Assembly (NCBI RefSeq): GCF_009914755.1
Contig: NC_060937.1
From: the human T2T-CHM13v2.0 reference genome, Homo sapiens
Direction: 5' to 3' (one strand)
DNA length: 64,000 nucleotides
A program made the translations under genes and the position numbers. Under the pieces are notes generated by a model. It did no database searches, was not told where the DNA came from, and saw only the letters and a list, made by a program, of their open reading frames with translations. Below, one piece after another: positions 28,513 to 40,405 of the stretch. Positions within the stretch are counted from its first letter, which is position 1. Each line of letters starts with the position of its first letter.

Positions 28513-29039
28513 CTGAAAAAGGGGAAAAGATTCCCTTAATTCCTTTCTCTCTTCCAACAAAAACCCAAGCTGACATATATGAGGAAGAGAAACAAAAAAG
28601 CCCTCCTCTTCTTTCTTTCCTCCTTTTCTTCCCTGAGTCTTGCAGGACATTAACCATATCAGCAGTAATAGTCATGCTCACTTGTGCTATGCCCTGGCCT
28701 TCCACTGTCAACTGCTTCTGGGTCCATCAGATCTAGTTTTCTTTCTTTTTAGGGCTTCAACCCAAAGCTTGGAATGAAATTTGGGCCAAAAGGTACCTCA
28801 GGAGAGTGTGTAATAAACACATTAGCCCCAAGTGCCACCCATGAGTGTGAGTGTGACCTCCACCTTTGAAGTGGAGATGCCTAGTTGGTAGGCACACCTA
28901 CCAACTAGTAATAGTCACACCTACCTACACTGTGACCTAGCCTCTTGCTCTCAGTAATCTCTGAGTTCCCTAGACATCATCTATGCCATAGATTCAAGCA
29001 AGTTCTTCACCCATGAAGTGGGAAGGTATAGTCAGCAGG

Positions 29040-29413
29040 TTTATTAGTCTGTTCTCATGCTGTTAATAAAGACATACCCAAGACTGCATAATCAGTTAAG
29101 GAAAGAGGTTTAATGTATTTACAGTTCATCATGGCTGAGCTGGCCTCAGGAAACTTACAAAAATGGTGGAAGGAGAAACAAACATGCCCTTCTTCACATA
29201 GTGGCATCAAGGAGAAGTGCAGAACAAAAGTAGAAAAGCTCTTATAAAACCATCAAATATTGTGAGAATTAACACACTATCATGAGAACAGAATGGGGGA
29301 AAATGCCCCAGTGATTTAATTATCTCCCACTGGGTCCCTCCCACAACATGTGGAGATTATGGGAACTACAATTCAAGATGAGATTTGGGTGTGCACATAA
29401 CAAAACCATATCA
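29040..29413 (-). mobile_element. THE1 (THE1C-like) solo LTR
   Basis: tttattagtctgttctcatgctg...aaaccatatca; TSD gcagg (29035-29039) / gcagt (29414-29418). Confidence 0.9.
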
Positions 29414-30511
29414 GCAGTGATAGTCATGCTCACCTGCACTATGTCCTGACCTTCCACTGTCAACTGCCTCTGGGTCCCTCAGATCTAGTTTTCTTTCTCT
29501 TTAGGGCTTCAACCTAAAGCTTGGAATCAAATTTGGGACAAAAAGATAACTCAGGACAGTGTATGGACCCATTAAATTAGTCCCAGGTGATCCTCACCAA
29601 ATTGCAGCCAACAACTGATGGGGTGGCTCCTCTGCTGCTTCTCTATCATAAGCAGAATACTAAAGTAAAGCTGTGAAACCAGATCCTCCTCAAACAGGCG
29701 AAAGAAAGAGAGTCTTCAGAATTGCAAACCTGGCATAATAAGATGCCTCCCAATAGGAAAAAAATCAATCTCTCCAATAGAAAAGCTCCCTGTATTCACA
29801 GGGCTATGTTTACTCCTGACATGCTGGGAAAAAAACAACTTAAATACAGGGGAGGGGAAGGTCCCTGAATAGCCTCTTGCCCTATGCTAATGGATTCCTT
29901 CAACAGAGGAAAGAAAAATCTCAAGTGTCACATCCTCTTTGCTTGAAAGAATAGAGAGAAACCTCATTGTTCTAAATTACACTCCTGATGACTGAGCAAA
30001 GTGCTCATTCTACCCAGTAATATTATCTCTGTGGTTTGCAACAACACTTTTAACATTGTATATAAAGAAAAGATAAGAGCCATGACAGCTCTGAAAGAAA
30101 GCAAGAAAATGCAATGGGAAAGACTGAAGGTCTTGGCCAACGCCTGTACAGACTGTTGGGGATTGTGGCTGGTCCAGGAGCATTTCGGTAATGCCAAGGT
30201 GTAGCCTCAGCCAGATACCTTCAGTTGCCCTAGGACCTTATTCTGATCCCATGTGACGGCTTCACCTCACAAATGGAGGCTGCATTGAAACAAAGCCAAC
30301 ATTCCCAATACCCAGGGTGATGGGGGTGTGGGGTTAACACTGTCCTCCCCAGCAAGCCTGTCATCTCCAGCCATGCCATTAGCTTTTAACTAGCTGACAA
30401 GAGTCTGATGCTTCATCTGTTTACAGAATGAAAAAAAAATGAGGAAAAGAAGCCTTGAAAATGAAAGTGAACGAGGTTCACACTTACTCACCCTTTCGTT
30501 GAACCCAGAAA

Positions 30512-31319
30512 TGACATGAGAATCTTTCGGTGCTGCTTCCCCAACTGAAATCTCCACAGCTAGTGACGCCTTTCTCTGGGCTTTGCTTGGCTCTGGGCTT
30601 GCTGCTGGGCTTTTGTGACTTGCTCACCCTGGCAGAATGCGCTTAGCTCACACTACCAGCCCGGATCCCAAGCATGCACATGGACTCCATACTCAGCCTG
30701 CAGCTGAGCCAGGTGTGCAGCAAGTGGTTTTCACTTTGGGTTGCAGGCATCTAGACAAAGGGACCACAGTGATGCTGGAAAACTCAGAGATGACAGTGAC
30801 CATGGAGCCCCAAGAGAAATTATGGCTCTCACCCAGTTAGTCCTGAGGTTTGAGCCCCAAAGAAATGTTACAGCTCTCTTCTGTTTTTTCTGCCCACAGT
30901 GTGGTGAATGGTGGGGTGTGTTAAAGCTCCTTCATGTTACCGCTCATTCATTCCCACCACCTTCAGGTTGGCAAAAAGGAGTGTGTCATAGATCGTTCGG
31001 TCCTGTCACCCATTGCTTAGCCAGGCGGAGGGAGAGTTACCATGTTACAGCTCTTTTTGCACCTGCTGTTCACCAGGTTCCAGGGTCTTGTCCTACAACC
31101 AAGAAGAATGAGGTTATGTGGACACCAGAATGTGAGCAAGACAGGGAAGAATTTTATTGACCAACAAAAAAGCTTTTGATAAGCAGAGACCCAAAGTAGG
31201 TAGCCCTCAGTGTGAGAGGGGGCCCGAAAGTGGAGAGCACAAAACATGGCTGAATCTGGAGCTTTTATGAGCTCAAAATGGGGGAGTGTGTGCAGATTGG
31301 TCTGTGGGCTGGCCTGGAA
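30512..31319 (-). promoter_or_regulatory. Outer ERV 5' LTR: R/U5 and proximal U3 piece
   Basis: Minus-strand CCAAT (31296-31300), CATAAAA TATA-like box (31263-31269) and AATAAA (31153-31158); LTR continues at 40225-40405. Confidence 0.8.
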
Positions 31320-31671
31320 TGTGAGAAATGTGCTCCCCCATCCAAACCCAAAGAATGGACTCAGAGGCATGGAGAACAGTGAAAGTGAGACTTTTAATAG
31401 CAATCTTACAGTATTGGGTGTCTGGTAAGCAGGGGCACACAGGACAGCTATAACAGGTAATTTACCCCCTATCATACAAGTCCCTCCATAAGTACCTCAC
31501 TGGTCAAGTAATATGGTGTTACAATCTTCCCAGACATCACTTAAGTTTCATTATCCCCCTTATAAGGTTATACTCTGGTACCCTTCCCCAGTTTGTAACA
31601 TCCACAAGCTGGCGGCCAGTGCTTAGATCTATCATGCCTTGAAAATGGACCATTTGAAATATTTTCTCACA
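31320..31671 (-). repeat. Inner provirus 3' LTR (352 bp, internally deleted)
   Basis: Direct repeat of 39766-40224; adjacent polypurine tract aaaagaggaggggatt (minus strand, 31672-31687). Confidence 0.93.
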
Positions 31672-31749
31672 AATCCCCTCCTCTTTTCTGTATATTTACT
31701 TTGGTCTCATTTTCATCTAAACCCTTCTGGTCCTCAAATCACTCTAGAA

Positions 31750-33655
31750 GTCATTTACTTTCTTCTTCATAGGATAGTGGGTTTAATTTGGTTTCTAATA
31801 GTAGCACGTTATTTTACTGGTAAGTCATGGGCATTTGTTTATTAATAGCTGTTTCAATTAATCTCTGTGCTAGTCCTTTCACACAAGGGATAATACAGCA
31901 TCCCACTGCTGTTAAGACTCCTGCCATAATTATGAGAGATGTAAGAATTGAAACTACCATGTCTTTCCATTTTCCAAACCAACCTTCTAGCCATCCTGTA
32001 AATGGGTCATCAATTCCAGCATTTTCTTACAGTTTGTTGGCTAGAGTTTTCAGTCCTTATAAAGTTTTTGTGATGGTCCTTTCAGGGGCAGTATTGTTGG
32101 GTGAAAGTACAACATTTCCCATCAAGCACAACACATATGCCCCCCTTTTCTAATAGTATCATGTTTAGTGCAAGCCTGTTTTCCCAGGCCTTTCAGCTGG
32201 TGGCATCTAACTGGCTAGCCATCCTGTTGAAGGTGTCCTGAGTATAATTGATGAATCTCTGTTGATTACAATAGGTTTAGTTAATATAATTCACATTCTT
32301 ATTAATAGTTGACCACCAGAAGAGTGCTGACTCAAACCCAGCAGCTATTCAGTTTTGAGCCTTAAATTCATTAAGTACCCCACTAGGGACTCCTATAGAA
32401 TTTGTTAAATATCCGGTTTCAGTGGCCATGTATATTTTGGGCTATCTTATGGAATGCCAGGGTAAAGGGATGGCCAGTTGGACTAAAGCACAGGTTGCAG
32501 TCCAGATGGACAGTAACAGGTTATGGAGGTTCCTTTTCCCACAGTACCACCAGACATCAGGCTGGGGTATATGGAGAGCCAAGTAATTGCCATTGCCTGA
32601 CTCACCAGTGACATTTAGGATGTGGGTACAAGTTGAGAGTTCTCTCATGGGCTTATTGAACTCTGCCCCCGGCCTAGAGGCAAGAGGAGTGGTTCACATT
32701 CCCTACAGAGAATGAGAGGATTGCTCTGGGATCCAACCTCCACAATGCAGGAAAGAGCAATGACAGACTCTTATAAGTCTCATCATTCATCCTTGTCTTG
32801 GTACAGAGCCAACATGCAAAGCACCCCTTCAGGATCAGTATTTCATCCCAGGGGAAATGAAACCACCTGTACCTGAGGTTATACCACAGCACATGTATAG
32901 CAGTTATTCTCGTTGAGGGTCTGTACTGAAAATTGGACCCATTTGACCCAGGCATTCACATACCCATACCCTGTCTCAATTTCTAAGATTTGCCTTAAAT
33001 CCTCTACCTCAATTAGTTTTACCCTTTTAGGGTCATTATTTGGTGGACTAAAGTGTCTGTTAGGATCTGGGGTTGGAGTAGTCCCAGTCAAATGGGAGGT
33101 TGAGTTCTTGATTAGAGAACAAATTGCCATAGGGGATCTATCCTCTGTGATGTCTACCCCTAACCCATATACCCAAGATGTGACTTTTGGTTCTTGGTCT
33201 AGAATGGCTGGATTGTCAATGGAATTGAGTATAGGATTCCATTCCAAATTCTGGCAGTTATTTGGCAGGGAGTCCTTGGACAGATGTAGTTTATTCTTCA
33301 AGGGTCTCCAGCTTGGAGTTACCCACTCCATGTTTACTGTCCAACCCTGAAATTGGGTAGTCCACCAAACATCATCCCAGTTGAGAGAGGGCGATGCCCT
33401 ACTGTAACCTGTATCTGGTTCACAGCAAAGATATTTATCTGCTTGTGAGAACTGTCTCTGTTTTTCTCAATTCCTGTAAGGTAAAACCTGGCAGGCATCA
33501 AATTTAATAGTCTGAGGTGCTACCATCTTGGTCACATTAATAACCAACCTGATTGGTTAGAGAGGAGCCCCCTGCCAGTTTCCATTTTGACCTTTTCCTC
33601 TTTGTATTGTAGTCTATCCCAGCCATATTAACTTCCAGAAATGGGGCAAGCCCAT
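31750..33655 (-). pseudogene. env: Inner provirus env remnant
   Basis: Signal-like MGLPHFWKLIWLG; SU CxxC (NNCYTC); TM immunosuppressive domain and CX6CC, AWENRLALNMILLEKGGICVVLDGKCCTF (~32103-32190); membrane span ILTSLIIMAGVLTAVGCCIIPC; internal stops. Confidence 0.9.
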
Positions 33656-33719
33656 GCTTTCTTTTTATAATTTTTTTAGAATTAACTTTAAGGGTTCCTC
33701 AGGTTACCCATGCAATTGC

Positions 33720-36700
33720 CACTGGTATTTTACCCTCTTTTCCAGGGTCTTTTTTTTTTTTTTTTCACCAGTTCCTTGACTCGAGTATAGTGAGTCCACC
33801 CCCATTCAGCTGTTCACATGGCTGTCTCAGTGGTCAGGAGCACTTGATAGGAAACTTCCCAGTTTGGGTGGAGCTTGTCTTCTTTCCAAGTCTCAATCAG
33901 CACCAAGTTCCAGGCTGGAAGTGGTGAACCATGAACTCAAGAGGCAGATTTTGAGTCAGAAGTCCTTTTAACCTAAGGGAAGACAGGGTGGAGGATATGA
34001 TCAGTATATAATTTCTTAAGAATTGGTCCTTGGTTTTTGTTGGGAGAAAAGCTGAGGCAAGACTTGCTAGTCTGACATAATATAAAAAGAGTCTTGGTAC
34101 ATATCTGGGGTCCAAGGTCTAAAACCGCTCATGGCCTTTGGAACACCAAGCTCTGTGCTTAAGGGTGGAAGGCTGCCCTGCCACACTACAATCTAAGTCC
34201 AGGACATAAAACCCCTCATGGCCTCTGGAATGTGTCCAGACTTGCTGGCTCCTTGCTTCTTGCTCTCCCAGGATCATAAATTGATTGTATCTTGAGTTAG
34301 AAGGACATGTTCAATATTATCTCAAATAGCAGAACATGTTCCATATGCTTTAAAGAAAATGCTAAACTGACATAGCTATAAATTAAACACTTGATGCACT
34401 GCTTCCTTTCGACCCCCACGTCCTCACCGCCTGCTTCTTTCTTTGATCACCCATAAATAGTGTGGGCTAACAGAGCTCAGGGCCTTTGCAGCCTCCATAC
34501 TAGCGTCAGCCCCCTGGACCCAACCTATGTACTCTTAACTTGTCTTGTCTCATTCCTTTGACTCCGCTGGACTTTGTAGCCCCCATGGCCTGGTGTTGGG
34601 TCTGATCACCCCAATAGGTTTTCATAGTAGAAAGATCTGTAACCTTGTCTGAATATGGGAGTCCATATAATAACTCATAAAGGAACAATCCCAAGTCTTT
34701 TCTTGGGGCTGTCCTAATCCTAAGAAGTGTTATTGGTAGACATTTGGTCCAAGGCATTTTAGTTTCCAATATTAGTTTGGTGATATGCTTTTTGAGAGTT
34801 TGATTCATTCTTTCTACCTTTCCAGAGGAAGGGGGATGACAAAGGGTATGATAATCCCATCTAATTTGTAAATCTTCCATAATTCCCCTTAACACCGTTG
34901 AGGTAAAGTGGTTCTCTTTATCTGAATCAAAATTTTCCTCCAGGCCAAATCTAGGTATAATTGGTCCTAATATTATTTTGACCACATTCCCAGCAGTGGC
35001 TGTTGGAAGATGAAAGGCTTCCAACCAGCCAGAAAGGTGTCCTACAATCACCAGTAAATATGTTAGTCCTCCTACTGTGGGCATTTCTGTGAAATCTACT
35101 TGAATGTTTTAAAATTGTCGTAGCCCTGGAGGTCCTCCTCCCATGACCTGTTTTCTAATCACTTTTATTTATCCATTGACAAGTTACACAACTTCCACAT
35201 ACTTGTTTAGTGAGAGTATAAATCCCTATACACCCATAATTCCTAAGTATTGCATCACACAGAGCCTGGGGTCCCCAATGATTCCCTTTTGTAATATGGA
35301 CATTAATTCTCTCATCAGGGATTTACTTATCATTTCTCTCCCATCAGGAAGTACCCATTTCCCATCTTCCATCTTCAGTTTGAGTTATCCCTCTTCTGTC
35401 TAATTCTTCCTTCTTCTCTCTGGTAAACTGGGGCCTTAATACTACCTTAGGGATGTCTGGGATCAGGATAAATAATCTAATTTCTTTCTCCAGGGAGGCT
35501 CACTTAGCAGCTTCATCTGCAAGCTTGTTTCCTACAGCTTCTATAATGTTCCCTTTCTGATGATCATTTATATGACCTATGGCTACCTCTGCTGGAAGCA
35601 GGAGACTTTCTAAAACCTGTTTGAGTCTAAAACCCCCTTGTATCAATTATTTTTCCCTGCTATGTATTAGGCCGTGCTCCATCCAGCTTTTTCCAAAAGT
35701 GTGTACCACCCCATAGGAATATTTAGAATGAGTATATATAGTGCCTTCTTGGCCTTCAAGGAGCTTTAGGGCATGATAAAGAGCATATAATTCACAGGTT
35801 TAGGCTGACCAGCCATTAAGTAATCTACCTTTCTCACATAAGGAATATTTATTTCCGTCAATGACAGCATAACCATTATGTCTCTTTGCCGTCTATCACT
35901 CGGGATGACCCATCCACAAACAGCCTTATCTAATCATGTAGTGGAGCTTCCCTAAGGTCTGGTCTAACTTTGGTTTGGTATTCTGTGATATCTAAGCAGT
36001 TATGGTCTGATGTCTCTTTGTTCTTCTCTCTTTTCCATGGGAAACTGGCTGGATTCAGGCAAGTATTTGTTGTTACGACCAAATCATCCTTTTCTAGCAA
36101 CAGGGCTTCATATTTTAGAAGCCAAGAGTTCGTTAACCATCTCCCAGCTTTTTGATTTAATATATTCCTGACCTGGTGTGGGGTGCTTACTATTAAGACC
36201 CCACCAAAGGTTAGCTTTCAACTCTCCTCTACCAGCACGGCTGTAGCAGCTACTACTTGCACATATTTGAGCCATCCCTAGGAGACAGGATCAAGAAACT
36301 TGGAGAAAAAAGCAACAGGTTGCCTCTTGCCTCCCCAGGTTTGAATGAGCACCCCAAGGGACACACCCTGATCTACTGTTACAAACAGGCGGAATGGTTT
36401 CTCTAAAGATGGGAGGGCCAGTACTGGGGCTGTAATGAGGGCATGCTTTAGCTCTTTCATATCCTGAATTTCCTCTGGGGAATATTGCAAAAGATCAGGT
36501 TGCTTTTCCAACAACTTGAGGTACAGAATCTTTGTCTTTTGAGCATATGAGTCAATCCACAACCTATAGTAGCCAGTTAAACCTAAAACTTTTTGGAGTT
36601 CTCTCTTTGTCTTAGGCAAAGGCAGACCCACTAATTCCTGATATCCTCTCTGGGTTTATTCTCCACTTCCCTTCACTAATCAGGTGTCCTAAATGTTTAA

Positions 36701-37400
36701 CTTCTTTTTCTACAAATTGCAATTTGTTCTTAGAGACTTGCAATCCCCTTTCTCCTAGGAAATTAAGCAAGCTTATAGTGGTTTCTGATAACTCAGCCCT
36801 CCTCTCTCCCCAGAAATTAAAAAATCATCCACATATTGTAACAACTGGGTTCCACTGGAAGTTTGTAATTCCTCCAGGACTTTTTCTAAGATTTGACCTA
36901 ATAAGTTTGGGGCTTCCATTAAACCTTGTGGCAGCACAGTCCAGCAGTACTATTGTTTTCTCCTAGTTATAGAATTTTTCCATTCAAAGGAAAGAAGACC
37001 CTATTCCTAAAGTTTAGGGCATTACCCAGAATGCATCTTTTTGATCCACTACACTGAACCATTTATGTTCATAGGATACCTTACAAAGGAGAGTGTAGGG
37101 GTTAGTCACCACAGGGGGATGAGTCTGGACAATCTGATTTATAGCCTTTAGATCTTTCAGCAATCTGTATGACCTATCAGGCTTTTTGACTGGGAGAATT
37201 GGAGTATTGTATGGTGACATGCAGTGTTCTAAGAGTCCATCTTTAACCAATCTATTACCGGTTGGAGACCTTTACTCCCTTCAATAGAAATTGGATATTG
37301 TTTTCTGCAAACTACTTCTCCTGGCTGTTTTAGTTTAATCTGTAAGGATGTGATTTTTAACCCTCCCCTATTGCCTTTCTTAACCCACACAATGGGATTA
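33720..37400 (-). pseudogene. pol: Inner provirus pol remnant (RT, RNase H, integrase)
   Basis: SPYNTPILPVKKPD, QYVDD (~36825), LGLTGYYRLWI, LFVDGSS (RNase H), HPPSSGKVERMNQTLK (integrase); frameshifts and a solo-LTR insertion. Confidence 0.92.
34038..34616 (+). mobile_element. HERV-K-type (LTR14-family, HML-like) solo LTR
   Basis: tgttgggagaaaagctgaggc...gggtctgatcaccccaata; exact 6-bp TSD ggtttt (34032-34037, 34617-34622), the length typical of betaretroviral integrase. Confidence 0.85.
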
Positions 37401-37403
37401 ATT

Positions 37404-37790
37404 TTATTCTCTTCTTTTTTCAGTCAGGAAGCCCATCATTACTTTTATGTGTCCCTCCTCTATCCCCAATTCTAAACCCAATCTCACAATCAGGTCTTGA
37501 CCCAGGAGGTTAGTTTCTACTTCAGGAACATATAAGAGTGACCCCTCAATTTGTTCTGGTCCCAACTTAATTAACATTTTCTTGAATATTGGAACACAAA
37601 ATCCCTCCCCTTTTAGCGCCGATACTGTCAACTTTTCCTTAGAGAGTTCTGTATCCCTTGGTTGGTGAATTAGGGAGCAGCGAGCCACCCCAGTATCAAC
37701 CAAAACTGTCACTTCTTCTCCCTCAGGTCCCACCTTCAAATTTATCAAGGGTTCCTAGTGGGATCTACTCAGGAGGAACCCCTGGCCCCC
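37404..37790 (-). pseudogene. pro: Inner provirus protease
   Basis: INLKVGPEGEEVTVLVDTGVARCSL...NLLGQDLIVRLG; catalytic DTG retained. Confidence 0.9.
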
Positions 37791-39227
37791 CTAGTCTTTA
37801 TTAATGGTCATGAGGGGAATCACCTTTTCTTCTTTCTTCCATTCAGGACATTCTCTCTTAAAATGCCCTGACTTTCCACAATTGTAATATGCACTCATAA
37901 TCTTAGGAGCTTTTCCCTGCATTTCCCTTCTTTCTCTTTGTCAAAATCTATCATTCCCTTATCTTTTTTGAGGGGGATCTTGATTTAACCTTTTTCTGAC
38001 TACCTCATCCACAGTGCAAACCATGATTTTCGCTTTCTGTTTCTGACTCTCTTCTCTCTTTACAAAGACCATCTGAGCTTCCCTCAGTAATTTCTCAATT
38101 GTTTTATCATTCCATCCATCAATCTTTTGTAATTATTTTGTAATGTCAGGCCAGCTCTTAGTTACAAAGCTAACCTTAAAATGACCTTTCCCTGTGGGGT
38201 CCTCCAGATCTAATTTGGAGTATTTTCTCATCTGATCTCTGAACTTCTACAGGAATTCAGCAGAAGTTTCCTCTTTTTCTTGTTGAACTTCAAATGCCTT
38301 TGAGACATTCTGTGTCCAAAGAGTTGACTATTTTATCCTTTTACTTATTAGGTCCCTGAGGTCCTGCATTTGGGCCCGGTCTCTGGGATCATTATTACCC
38401 CATTCGGGATCAACATTTGGAAATTTTTGTTTGACTGGCAAGACTTTTCACCCAGGAGGGTTTTGACTCTCCCAGATGGTCACGGCTGCTTTTCTAATTA
38501 ATCCTCTTTCTTCTGTGAACAAGATATTCACGAAAGACAACATTTTAACTCAGGTGTAAAATCTGTGTCCTAGGAATTGGTCCAGCTGGTTTGCTAAACC
38601 AAGGGGATCTTCTAGGAGTGGTTTCATTTCCTTCTTGAAATTCCTGACATCAGTACTTGTAAGAAGAACATTTACAAAGCCAATCTCTCCTGGTCCCATG
38701 GGAGCTTCCCTGAGAGGAAACATGCCATGGTCTCCAGGTCTTTCTTCCTCTAACCCCCCTGTTGTTCCTTGATCTTCTTGTCCCCTATTTTGTGTGACAT
38801 AGGCAGGAGGCAAGCATGATAGGGGGTCCCAAAGCTTTTCACTGTGTGAGGGCTCTTTACTAAGCTTTTTAAATTCCTCTTTGAGGGGGAGCACGGAAGC
38901 TAATTCCTTGATCCAGCAGAGAGTGTAACCTATCTCTTTTTGTGAGGATAGGGTTTTATCATTCACACAGAGAATTAAAGCTTGGCACATCCAATCCTCA
39001 TCTGAGCCAAACTTAGGCCAAAAGACAGAAGGCTTACAAATGGGGTCTTTGGGACAGATAACACAACAATACTTTATCATCTTTTGTTTTCCCTTGTCTC
39101 TGGTTTGAGGGTTGTCCCTCCAAACCTGCAACATTCTCCCCAAATGACTACCTGGGGGAATGTCAAAGGGAGTCTCTTGGGCTCCTTCTTTCCTTTGGCC
39201 GCTAGGCCTAGAATTTCTGTTTCCCAT
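37791..39227 (-). pseudogene. gag: Inner provirus gag remnant
   Basis: MGNRNS myristoylation-type start, FWPKFGSDEDW, DVRNFKKEMKPLLEDP; NC knuckle YYNCGKSGHFKRECP (first Cys lost); TAG at 37791-37793 followed by a G-rich readthrough-type signal. Confidence 0.92.
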
Positions 39228-39743
39228 TTGTGATCAGTGTTTGTGTCTAAGCTTTTCCTTGTGTACTCAACCCCCTCTATTGAAGGTTTCTTGCACACCC
39301 TGAGAATTGCTCTGTGAGTCTGAACTTTTCCCTGTGTACTCAACCCTCTCCCCGCCACAGGAGGTTTCTTGCACATCCTGAGAATCCCTTTATCCATCTC
39401 TGGCTATTTGCCTCATGGTAGAATGGAACCACAGATTGGGATTTCACACTTGCTTTATATATTTGATACATCTCAGTCACACACACTCAACCTCCAAAAA
39501 TGCCCAACCAACAAGGCAGTACGTATAGTCCAATTTTCCTAACTTGGCTTGTGCACAAGGCTGCCTGGTTGCCACTGTGCCTGTTTTTCTTTCTGTGTCA
39601 CCTCCACTGCCTCCTGAATAACAGCCTTGGTGTTGTCTACGGCCTCTGTGGGGAGCCGGGATGCCTAGACAGAGTGGGCTACCTAAATCAAGTGGGATGC
39701 ATCTCCCTTCTCGGCCAGAGTCCTACTTGATGCAGGTAAAGAG

Positions 39744-39761
39744 ATCCTGGACAGACCCCCA
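39744..39761 (-). promoter_or_regulatory. Primer binding site, tRNA-Pro-like
   Basis: Minus strand tgggggtctgtccaggat versus the tRNA-Pro PBS tgggggctcgtccgggat (14/18), 4 nt from the 5' LTR. Confidence 0.7.
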
Positions 39762-39765
39762 GATT

Positions 39766-40224
39766 TGTGAGAAACATGCTCACCCATCCAAACCCAAAGA
39801 ATGGACTCAGAGGCATAAAGAACAGTGAAAGTGAGACTTTAAATAGCTGTCTTGCATGATTGAGTGTCTGGTAGGCAGGCACACACCGGGCAGCTACAGC
39901 ATGTAATTTTTCTCCTAGCATGTTAGTCCTCTGCCCAGTTCCTTATTGGTCGACTACTATGAGGTTATAATCTTCCTGGATGTTCCCTAAGTTTCATTAT
40001 CCCCCTTATAAGGTTATACCCCAGTTCCCTTCCTCCCTTAAATTTCAATTTCCCAGTAACAAAGCTTTCTCCCCTTTTATAAGCTGACCCCTCTTCTGCA
40101 TTCTGTTTGCTTATCTTGACTTTCTAGGAGCATGAGCTGTGCAGTTTGTTACATCCACGGTCTGGCTGCCAGTGCTTAGATTTATCAAGACTTGAAAATA
40201 GACCATTTAAAATATTTTCTCACA
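39766..40224 (-). repeat. Inner provirus 5' LTR (459 bp)
   Basis: Direct repeat of 31320-31671 carrying ~107 bp extra. Confidence 0.93.
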
Positions 40225-40405
40225 AGGAAAAAGCACCATTTGATTGGCTAAAAGGCTTCAAGGAGGTTCTAACTCTGGTCAGGGACTCTACCCAGAACTG
40301 GCAGCTCAGTTTTCAGGCTTTAAGCTGTTATTGACTTGAAAGTCGGGTATCACTGGGGACCTGTCCCTGTCTGTCTAGAAGTTGATCTGCCTCCTACTGC
40401 TATCA
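40225..40405 (-). promoter_or_regulatory. Outer ERV 5' LTR distal U3 piece
   Basis: Minus strand starts tgatagcagtaggaggcaga (LTR27/MER61-type start); CCAAT at 40243-40247. Confidence 0.8.

Larger units (their letters stand above)
31320..40224 (-). mobile_element. Complete defective HERV-I/IP-superfamily provirus (probably HERVP71A/HERV-ADP, LTR71-like)
   Basis: Two homologous LTRs with tgtgagaaa...tttctcaca ends; TSD tggaa (31315-31319) / aggaa (40225-40229); PBS, PPT and gag-pro-pol-env in order. Family name from recall. Confidence 0.9.

Noticed and set aside
38550-39227. 225-aa Gag ORF as a possible domesticated gene
   Set aside because: It terminates early in capsid, downstream gag is frameshifted and the zinc knuckle is mutated; consistent with neutral decay.
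39250-39387. Two ~70-bp direct repeats upstream of gag
   Set aside because: Tandem leader repeats are usual in HERV-I-type elements; two copies only, no spacers, not CRISPR-like.
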